A DNA stretch of 64,000 bases from Octopus sinensis (taxonomy: Eukaryota). Each line of letters opens with the position of its first letter. The first letter of the stretch is position 1. The stretch spans positions 2,170,001 to 2,234,000 of the forward strand of contig NC_043025.1 in NCBI RefSeq assembly GCF_006345805.1, written 5' to 3'. Below the pieces are notes generated by a model. The model searched no databases. It saw nothing but the letters and a program-made list of their open reading frames with translations, and had not been told where the DNA came from. Positions 54,109-64,000 of the stretch are shown here, piece by piece. Position numbers and translations under genes: made by a program.

Positions 54109-54349
54109 CACATTTATCTCCAACTCTGGAAATCTATACGTTCTACGGTTGTTTTTCCTTCCCCATCTCCGATATTATCCTCATTTTCTCTTTCTGTAGC
54201 ACCCCTTTATTATCAGCAGCAGCAGCATCATCATTAGGCTTCTCTCTGTCATTGTTAAATGTTCTTTTCTGATTTTAAGACTGACGATTGAATATTTCAT
54301 CAGAAAACTTTCGTTTACACTTTCCTTTATAAATTGTTTTATGTCACAG

Positions 54350-54421
54350 ATATTTGAACAATAATACAATCGAGGAAATCGATCGAGGAAGTTTTGATAG
54401 CCTTACCCGTTTATCGTTATT
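54350..54421 (+). CDS. LRR exon D3: YLNNNTIEEIDRGSFDSLTRLSL(L)
   Basis: cacAG|ATATTTGAAC...GTTATT|GTaagt; 72 nt, open frame. Confidence 0.92.
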
Positions 54422-54865
54422 GTAAGTTCAACTTTCATTCCCTTTCTTCCTTTCTTTCTTTCTTTCTTTCTTTCTTTATTTCTTTCCCTTTCTGTCTTTC
54501 TGACTAACTTATTTTCGATATATCGCCCATGAGTCTATGGTTCTAGGAGAATATGTGTCTTTGTATTTCTGTGTGTGTAAGTGTATGATCATATATGTTT
54601 GTGCGTCTATTTGTGAGTAAGAAAGGTCATAGTTATTAACTGTAAATCATGCTATTAATGAATTACTTTAAACAACTATGAAAATGAAATCAATATATAT
54701 GTGTGTGTCGTCCGGGTAACTTAATGGTTAGGCAAAGGAGACCGAGACAGTAAGTAATAGCTAAAAATATTGCACTAAGGTCGATTCATTCGACTAAACT
54801 TCTGTAAGTTGCCGTCCCAGCATGGCCGCATTCAAATGTGTGAAATAAGTAAATAAAAACAATGG

Positions 54866-54900
<35 letters not shown>

Positions 54901-55322
54901 GTGTGTGTGTGTGTGTGTGGTGTGTGTGTGTGTGTGTGTGTGTGTCTGTTTGTCTGTGTATATATATGTATGCATTTTTATCTCTGTCATTGTCCCCCAA
55001 CACAATCACTTGACATCTGATGTTGATATGTTTAAATCCCCGTAACTTAGCGGTTCGGCCAAATAGACCGACAGAATAAGAACTACACTTAGAAGGGAAA
55101 ACACCTGAGGTCTATTTGCTTGAGTAAAGGCGGTACTCCAGCATGACCGGAGTCAAATTAGTGAGCCAAAATTTGAGTAAGCGAGTAATATATATACGTA
55201 AAATGGATATATATATATAAATGTATATATAAATACATATGTATATACATATATATATATATATAATATATATATATATATTCATCTATATACTTGTATG
55301 TGCATGTATGTGTGTTTATATT

Positions 55323-55387
<65 letters not shown>

Positions 55388-55739
55388 GTATATATGTATG
55401 TATATTTGCATATATATATATATATATATTTCCATATATATGTGTGTGTGTGTAAGAGGGACACAAGATGGAGGTTTTGAGAAGTTTTATAAGTCCCTTC
55501 AATTGTTTCGATCCATTTAGCATCCACCGCGTACGGGTGGGATACTTAACAACTTCTTTGGTAGCATCCGTTGGTGTAGATGTGTCTCTTCAGGTGATAA
55601 TTGGATATAAGTCGGAGAAACAATGGCTATTTTGCAAGGTAACTTCTCGGTTCGTGTACAGGAATGTAGCAAATTGTAGGATATAGCCTCATTTATATAG
55701 ATCAAAGCTAAAAATGAACAGATGTACAATAAATGAATG

Positions 55740-56010
55740 CCTTTATATGCATGTAAAGAGGGTTTGAGACGCAGATATTATTCCAGTGATTTGGAGGTGA
55801 AAACTATTGAAGAAGTGGCTCAAAGAATATTACGGTGTGGGGATACATGCTCTCATTCGAAGGTGGTACATTGCTATTGAGAGAAACGGTGACTATGTTG
55901 ATGTGATTCACAGAGGACCAGCTTCGTTTTGATGTATGATACATGTTCCTGTGTTGGTAATTATACTTGGCCTAAAAAAAAACGGCATTATTTTTTAACT
56001 CACCCTCGTA
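55740..56010 (+). mobile_element. mariner 3' remnant (different family)
   Basis: GIHALIRRWYIAIERNGDYV resembles the mariner C-terminus; ends ttttttaactcaccctcg|TA. Confidence 0.6.
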
Positions 56011-56256
56011 GCTATAACACTATTAATGCTACTATCACGATGTGGCCGTAATTCTTCCTGTCTGCTTCTTCTCATTCTTCTTCTTCTTGTTCTTATTATT
56101 TTTCTTCTTCTTCTTCTTCTTCTTCTTCTTCATGATCATCATCATCAGCATCATCATTATCTTCTGCTTCCTCTTCTTTTTCTTCATTTTCTTCTCCACC
56201 TCCTCTTACTCCTTCTTTTTTCTTATTCAGCTCTTCCACTAACTATGCTTCTTTTT

Positions 56257-56289
<33 letters not shown>

Positions 56290-56474
56290 TTACTACTACT
56301 ACTACTACTACTACTACTATTAGTACTAGTAGTAGAAGCACGTCCTTCTACTATGGGTTTTATTCCTGCACCTTTCGTCTTCTTCACTATTTTCCTCTCC
56401 ATTCTTCATCGTCTTCTGTTCCTTTCCTTTTTGAAATTATTCAACTTCTTTTCTCCTTTTCCATGCGTCTTTTT

Positions 56475-57168
56475 CCCTTCTTCATATTCTCTTGCCACTT
56501 CTATAGTTCTTTATGTTTTATGACATTTTCCTTCCCCACCTCCCAAATTCAGCTCAATTTCTCCTGGTCTTTCGCCTCTTTATTCCACATTCTCCCCCCT
56601 TCCTTCCTCCTTCCCTTCTTCATATTCTCTTGCCACTTCTATAGTTCTTTATGTTTTATGACATTTTCCTTCCCCACCTCCCAAATTCAGCTCAATTTCT
56701 CCTGGTCTTTCGCCTCTTTATTCCACATTCTCCCCCCTTCCTTCCTCCTTTCCCTTCTTCATATTCTCTTGCCACTTCTATAGTTCTTTATGTTTTATGA
56801 CATTTTCCTTCCCCACCTCCCAAATTCAGCTCAATTTCTCCTGGTCTTTCGCCTCTTTATTCCACATTCTCCCCCCTTCCTTCCTCCTTTCCCTTCTTCA
56901 TATTCTCTTGCCACTTCTATAGTTCTTTATGTTTTATGACATTTTCCTTCCCCACCTCCCAAATTCAGCTCAATTTCTCCTGGTCTTTCGCCTCTTTATT
57001 CCACATTCTCCCCCCTTCCTTCCTCCTTTCCCTTCTTCATATTCTCTTGCCACTTCTATAGTTCTTTATGTTTTATGACATTTTCCTTCCCCACCTCCCA
57101 AATTCAGCTCAATTTCTCCTGGTCTTTCGCCTCATTATTCCACATTCTCCCCCCTTCCTTCCTCCTCC
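56475..57168 (+). repeat. five near-identical tandem copies of a 138-139-bp unit
   Basis: cccttcttcatattctcttgccac starts at 56475, 56613, 56752, 56891, 57030. Confidence 0.95.
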
Positions 57169-57276
57169 TCTTTATCATCATTGCGAGTTTCTCTTTCATA
57201 ACCGTCTTTTTCCGTTTGATTTTAAGACTACAAATTTTTATATATTATTTCTTTTATATTCTTTTTTATGTTACAG

Positions 57277-57348
57277 AACTTTGGAATATAATAAAATCGA
57301 AAAGGTCGAACGTGGAATATTTCAAGGACTTATTTATTTACAGAAATT
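57277..57348 (+). CDS. LRR exon E3: TLEYNKIEKVERGIFQGLIYLQK(L)
   Basis: tacAG|AACTTTGGAA...GAAATT|GTaagt; 72 nt, open frame. Confidence 0.92.
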
Positions 57349-57582
57349 GTAAGTACAATTTTTGTTCATAATTTTTTTTAAACTAACGGAATATCACTAG
57401 AAATTACATGTCCTCTCTTTCTTGCTATCTCTCCCTCTGCTTTTCTAATACATATTCTGTCATTATATTTTCGTTTGTGATTGTATGAAGATGTGAACGA
57501 GTGTGTCTGTGTGTCCGTGTGTGAATAAACAAATGTTTTGCGTATGATAATGAACATATGCATGAGTGTGAACATGTCAACA

Positions 57583-57950
57583 AAGGCGGCGAGCTGGCAG
57601 AAACTATGCGCCAAGGTGGACTTCGTCTTTCAACCTTTTGGGGTCGATAAATTAAGCATTAATTGCGTACTGTGACGATCTAATCAACGGGCCCCGTTGC
57701 CAACATTTTGGGGCCTTGTCCCTAAAGTAAAAACGAATGTTTTAAAGGCGGCGAGCTGGCAGAATTCTCAGCACAACGGGCGAAATGCTTAGCGGTATTT
57801 CGTCTGTCTTTATGTTCTGAGTTCAAATTCCGCCGAGACCGACTTTGCCTTTCAGGGTCGATAAATTAAGTAACAGTTGCAAACTGCGGTTGATCTAATC
57901 AACTGGCCCCCGCCCCAAAAATTTCGGGCCTTGTGCCTAGAGTAGAAATG
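57583..57950 (+). mobile_element. two tandem SINE copies (AAGGCGGCGAGCTGGCAGAA family)
   Basis: head aaggcggcgagctggcagaa at about 57583 and 57744, each followed by gggtcgataaattaag...gggccttgt. Confidence 0.7.
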
Positions 57951-58064
57951 AACATGTATATCTGTATCTGCGTGTGTCGTGTCCATTCGTGTCTCTGCGT
58001 GTCTGTAAGAAAATACATACTTACAGAAAACCAAATTATCAGGGTAGGCCTCCCTTTGCAAATA

Positions 58065-58538
58065 CTCCAAGGACACAGATATTGTGTCTAGCGCCAGCTA
58101 GAGACGAAGATCTCTTGGGGCTATAAAGCTACAGTAACACCCCCTCCCCAATGTGATTAGCCATGATAAGATGGCTTCTATACCTTACATTATCGAGCGA
58201 TTACTGTTTCAATCTTATTCTGAGATTTAATTATGCTTACTGTTCGTTTTTCGACATCAGTGGCAGACGCCATTAGAAAAACTTATAATCTATTTGCAAA
58301 GGAGCTTTCACTTTCATCGCTACCTGGTGGTTACCGCCCGTTGACGAGGGACAACATTCCCGAAACTACTCCAAGGACACAGATATTGTGTCTAGAGCCA
58401 GCTAGAGACGAAGATCTCTTGGGGCTATAAAGCTACAGTAACACCCCCTCCCCAATGTGGTTAGCCATGATAAGATGGCTTCTATACTTTACATTATCGA
58501 GCGATTACTGTTTCAATCTCATTCTGAGATTTAATTAT
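58065..58538 (+). repeat. about 170-bp direct repeat pair (about 58065-58235 and 58368-58538) with about 130-bp spacer
   Basis: actccaaggacacagatattgtgtctag...attctgagatttaattatg occurs twice. Confidence 0.9.
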
Positions 58539-59576
58539 GTTTTTACACTGTTTTACACAAAGACAAAGTGTGAGCAATATACTTTCATCGAGAGTTACTT
58601 CACGCAGGGAATTATAAGATTTTATTAATATTCATGGATAGCCTATTGCTTAGGACTCAGATATCACAAAGGAACATCTCTCGGCTAACACACACATACA
58701 TATAATCACATACACTCGCATTTACACTCAGACACATACGCATATATAATACAGGGACAGTTGTTTGTGTAGAAGGAATGTTGTTACAAAGCACATGGTT
58801 TAAAACACAGTATAAATCTGTGGCCCGCCGTGCACCTGACTTTTCTTTCTACCTCACGTCCAATCAATTCCAGTCTGCTGTATGATGCATGTATATGCAT
58901 ATATGAGGGTCTTTGTGTCTACTTTTGGCCCCAACTACCTCTTAACAAACAACTTCTATCCCTATTTATTTTCATCCTATCCTTTGTGTTTCTTCTTCTT
59001 CTCCCTCCTCCCTCCTCTTCTTCTTCGCGTTGTTCTGTTTCTTATTCGTATCCTCTTCCTCTCCTCCTCTTCCATCGTCTTCTTTTCCTTCTTCTTCTTC
59101 TCCTTCTATATCTTCGTTTTCTCCTCCCTCTTCTTCTTCTTTCTCTTCTCCTCCTTCTCCCTCTCCTTCTTCTTCTTCTTCTTCTTTTCTTTCTTCTTTT
59201 TCTTCTTGTCTTCCTTTTTCTTCTTCTTCTTCTTCTTCTTCTTCTTCTTCTTCTTCTTCTCCTTCTTTTTATAATCCTTTAATTTCTCTAATTCTTCTTC
59301 CTCTTTTACTATTTCTTCTCCATCTTCTTCTCGTTGTTCTTCTTTGAGAGCTTATTCTTTTCCTTTTTCTTCTCTTGCCCCTTCTTCATTTTCTTGTTCT
59401 TTGCGTTTTACGTGTGCTTCTTTGACTTTTTCCTTCTCCTTATTCTTGTTTTTCTTCCTATTCTTCGTGTTTACCAATATGCCTTGTCATTATTTATTTC
59501 AATTCAGACCCACATTATTGCATATGTTGTCACAAATATTTTCCATGATTCTTACCCTTGTTCTTTATTGCTACAG

Positions 59577-59648
59577 ATATTTAAACGGAAATAATATTTC
59601 GAGTATTGAACAAGGAAGCTTCGAGGGTCTTCATCGATTGCAGCAATT
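59577..59648 (+). CDS. LRR exon A4: YLNGNNISSIEQGSFEGLHRLQQ(L)
   Basis: tacAG|ATATTTAAAC...GCAATT|GTaagt; 72 nt, open frame. Confidence 0.92.
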
Positions 59649-60536
59649 GTAAGTTCGTTCAGTCTCGATGATACTATATTATGAATGATGAATGTTATTC
59701 TTACATAACTTTTCCGTCCTCTCGTTTCACTTTCCCTTACTTTTTTAGCCCTCTAACTCATATTCTCTCCCAATATTGGTACAATATCTGCTTGGTTGTT
59801 TCTGAAGGCGAGTCGAACTGGGTTATTATATATCAAAACTTATCAATGAAAATGTATCTGTGTATGTTTATGTATATGTTAGTGTCTGCGTGTAAATATG
59901 ACTATATTTTATATTCATTTTGTATTCTTTTCTATAGCCTGTCCTTGTCTATTATCTCCAACCTCCTCATTCGCTTCAGGTTACTTGTCTAATAAAGCAA
60001 CTTATAGATGGAGAAGTGAAATATATAAGTACTTAGAATATAGTAATATTTCTTTCTCTTTCTAAGCAATACTAGCTTTTAGCATTCGTAACTTGCTTCA
60101 TTTTACTAGCTACCCTTTCTCTAATGAAATACATTCTCTCTCATCATATTTGCGCGTTTTCTTTGTCTTCTTCGACTACTCCTTATTCAAATAATTCTTG
60201 TTTTTCTTATTCCTGCTCTTTTGTCTTCTACTCCTTCTTCATCCTCCTCTTCTTTTCCATCTTTTTACTCTTCTTCTTCTCTTATTATTATTATCATTAT
60301 TATTATTATTATTATTATTATATTTTATATTATTATTATCATCATTATTATTATTATCGTCATCATATCATCATCATTATTATTATTATTACTATTATTA
60401 TTATTATTATTATTAATATTATTATTATTAGTATTATTATTTGTCGCAATCTCTCTTCTCACCCACTCTCCTATTTTATTATTATCCTGCCAATATTTTA
60501 TTTGTAAACATTTATCGTCCATCTTTTCTGCTATAG

Positions 60537-60608
60537 GTCTCTTCACAGAAACAGTATTTCGCATATTTCGAAAGAAATCTTCCAAGGTCTTCCAAGTTTA
60601 AAGGAATT
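60537..60608 (+). CDS. LRR exon B4: SLHRNSISHISKEIFQGLPSLKE(L)
   Basis: tatAG|GTCTCTTCAC...GGAATT|GTaagt; 72 nt, open frame. Confidence 0.91.
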
Positions 60609-61004
60609 GTAAGTTCGTATATTTTAGTTCTTACAACTTTATGAATGCAAAATTTCTCTAAATTTAATCTTCTGGCCTTTCACGTTCATTCTCGGCTCTT
60701 TTGACTCTTACACATTTTCTGTCCTTAAATTTTAGCAATATTCTCTTGAATCTATAAAGATGAGCACAACTGGGATTTTATGTTTGCATCAAAGCATAGA
60801 AGAATTACATGTATGTTCCTATGCATGGGAATTCTGCCGTATGTGGCTTTGACTTAAATAGTTCGGACCCATTTTTTACTCCTCCATTTTCATTCCATTA
60901 TTGTTCTTTACTGGCTTCTCTTCCTCCAATTTTTTTCTATTCATTTCAATTTTATTCATTCATCTTATTCATCAAATACAACCTATAAATGTAGAAGCAG
61001 AATA

Positions 61005-61226
61005 TACAATAAAATATTCTGAATATGCTCTTTTGTCACTTCCATTAGAACGTTGAAAAAGTAAGCGTTAAATTGAACTGCCATATTCATATCTTGAACT
61101 AAGAATAAGTACAAAGTAAAATTACAACCTAATTTTATAACGAGTTCGTGTAAGTAGTTTATCCCGCCCCCTTCGGCTTTTGGTTCGTCCGATTGAAATA
61201 ACCGCATTATTTATGAGATAACGCAA
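61005..61226 (-). mobile_element. mariner 5' remnant (family of 20573 and 51999)
   Basis: minus strand ttgcgttatctcataaataatg TIR and MEVTKEHIQNILLY. Confidence 0.7.
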
Positions 61227-61619
61227 AATAAATGCTTATAACAATTCTCACTAATTCGTTTCTCTCTGTAAACGTCATCCGTTTACAGCACATCATTGCC
61301 CTCATAATATTCCACATTTTCATATGCTTCTGACTCTCTCGCGTTTTCCTTTTAAACGGATATTCTCTCTCACCATATTTGCACGTGAGTGTGTATGAAT
61401 ATGTGTGTGAAATATGGGTATACCTGAACCACGTTTTTACAATCTGTACATAAATGTATGCGTGTATGACTTTATATGCATATATGTGTATGTGACTAGG
61501 GGCATCTCTGTTATCTTCCCATCAGGTTCTCTCTATTTCAAAGTCCATTCTCAATCTTCGAAATATTCGTCTCCTTACCTTAAAATATATTTCGGTTAAC
61601 ATTTAAAAATTTCAGAAAT

Positions 61620-63330
61620 AATTTTATTCTATTATTATTATTATTATTCTTATTATTATTCTTCTTATTATTTATTATTATTATTAATATTATTAGTGAT
61701 TTTTTATTATCTTATATTATTATTATTATTATTATATTATTTTATTGATGTTATTATTATTATTCTTATTATTAGTGAATTTATTATTCTTTTATTATTA
61801 TTATTATATTATTATTATTATTAGTGAATTTATTATTATTATTTTATATTATTATTAGTGATTTTATTATTATTATTATTAGTGATTTTATTATTATTAT
61901 TATTAGTGATTTATTATTATTATTATTATTATTAGTGATTTTATTATTATTATTATTATTATTATTAGTGATTTTATTATTATTATAATTATTATTATAA
62001 TTATTAATGATTTAATATTTTATTATTATTAATGATTTTATTATATTATTATTAGTATTAGTGATTTTATTATTTATTATATATTATTATTATTATTTAT
62101 TATTTTTATAATTATTATTATTATTATTTTATTAGTGATTTTATTATTATATTATTATTATTATTATATTATTCTTAGTGATTTTATTATTATTATTATT
62201 ATTATGATTATTAGTGATTTTATTATTCTTATTATTATTATTATTTATTATTATTAGTGATTTTATTATTATTATTCTTTCATTTATTATTATTATTTTA
62301 TTATTATTAGTGATTTTATTATTATTATTATTATTTTAGTGATTTTATTATTATTATTTATTATTATTATTATTAGTGATTTTCTTATTCATTATTATTC
62401 TTATTATTGTTGATGTTATAATTATTATTATTATTATTATTAATATTATTATATTATTATTATTATTATTATTAGTGATTTTTTATTATTATTATTATTA
62501 TTCTTATTATTATTAGTGATTTTCTTCTTCTTATATTATTCTTATATTTAGTGCTTTATCTTCTTATTCTTATTAGTGCTTTTATTATTTTATTATTATT
62601 TATTATTAGTGGATTTTATTATTATTATTATTATTATTAGTGCTTTTATTATTATTCTTTATTATTATTATTCTTATTATAGTGATTTTATTATTCTTTA
62701 ATATTTAGTGTTTTATTATTATTCTTATTGTCTTCTTTTTTATTCTAGTGATTATTATTCTCTTCTTATTATTAGTGCTTTTATTATTCTTATTCTTCTC
62801 TTATATTATAGTGCTATTCTTCTTCTTATTCTTCTTTTTATTATTCGTGATTTTATTATTCTTTTATTATTCTTTTCTTATTATTAGTGCTTTTCTTATT
62901 CTTATTCGTCTTATTATTGTTCTTATTAGTGCTTTTCTTATTATTCTTTTAGTGCTCTTCTTCTTCTTTATATTCTTCGTGCTTTTCTTATTCTTATTCT
63001 TCTTCTTATTCTTCTTAGGCTTTTTCTTATTCTTCTTATTCTTCTTCGTGTGCTGCTTTTCTTCTTCTCTTCTTCTTATTATTATTCTTAGTGATTTTAT
63101 TCTTTTCTTCTTCGTGCTTTTATTCTTCTTCTTATTCTTATTATCTTCGTGATTTTCTTCTTCTTCTTCTTCTTCTTCGTTCTTTTCTTCTTCTTATTCT
63201 TCTTATTCTTCTTCTCGTGCTTTCTTCTCCTTCTTCTTATTCTTCTTCTATCTTATTCGTGACTTTCTTCTTCTTCTTATTCTTCTTCTTCTTCTTGCTT
63301 TTCTTCTTCTTCCTGTACTTTTTCTTCTAG
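61620..63330 (+). repeat. degenerate (TTA)n to (TTC)n tract with interspersed AGTGATTT/AGTGCTTT
   Basis: direct reading. Confidence 0.85.
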
Positions 63331-63401
63331 TGCTTCTTTTCTTTTTCTTCGTGTTATCCTTCTTCCATAACAAATCTTATCATCATTCTTTACTGCTACA
63401 G

Positions 63402-63473
63402 ATATTTATACAGGAATAATATTTCGAGCATTGAACAAGGAAGCTTTGAAGATCTTCCTAGACTAAAGATATT
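63402..63473 (+). CDS. LRR exon C4: YLYRNNISSIEQGSFEDLPRLKI(L)
   Basis: tacAG|ATATTTATAC...GATATT|GTaagt; 72 nt, open frame. Confidence 0.92.
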
Positions 63474-63743
63474 GTAAGTTCTTCAGTTTTATTAAGAAAA
63501 TATGATTTTTCATATATTTTCTGTAATTTAATTCCACTTTTCTCTCGCTCTTTTATCACACTAACTCATAATCTGCTCCCATATTGGTAATATATCTGTA
63601 TGATTACTTCTTCTTATTCGTCTTCTTCGTATTCTTTCTCTTCTTTGTTTCCGCGCTCTTCCTCTTCTCTATTGCTCTTCTTCTTCTCTTGTAGTTATTA
63701 TTGTTACTGATGTTGCTATTGCTCTTCATTATTATAATTATTA

Positions 63744-63795
<52 letters not shown>

Positions 63796-63949
63796 TATCA
63801 TGTTTGTCTTTTTTTTCCTCTTTTTCTTTTTCGTGCCGTCTTTTTCCTTGCTCGTGCTTTTCATCTTTCGTTTCTTCTGTTCCATCTTCCTCATCTTCTT
63901 TGGCCTTCTTGTTATGCTTCTTCATCATCATCTTCTTGGCCTCCTTTTA

Positions 63950-64000
63950 TCAGAAATCTTTCATTTACACTTTCCTTTATACATTGTTTTATGTTACAGA
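63950..64000 (+). other. 3' splice-acceptor region of the next (class D) LRR exon; exon begins at base 64000
   Basis: atcagaaatctttcatttacactttcctttatacattgttttatgttacAG|A closely matches the acceptors of D1 (about 10318-10368), D2 and D3. Confidence 0.8.

Overview
This is AT-rich, microsatellite-laden eukaryotic DNA; the SINE families and repeat landscape suggest an octopus or other cephalopod (inference). The window lies inside one large plus-strand gene that the ORF track misses. It has 17 complete 72-nt exons plus the first base of an 18th at 64000. Every complete exon has canonical AG/GT sites, is phase 2-2, has no stop, and encodes exactly one 24-aa extracellular-type leucine-rich repeat. 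The exons fall into five classes in a higher-order order: ABCDE-ABCDE-AB(C deleted)DE-ABC(D...). The introns are paralogous and hold a near full-length Tx1/L1-type LINE in a (GATA)n tract, three R4/Dong-like LINE fragments at (TAA)n tracts, Penelope-like remnants with hammerhead ribozyme motifs (one with an intact core), mariner remnants, SINEs, a solo LTR at the exon-C deletion junction, and several minisatellites whose single-copy seeds survive in sister introns.
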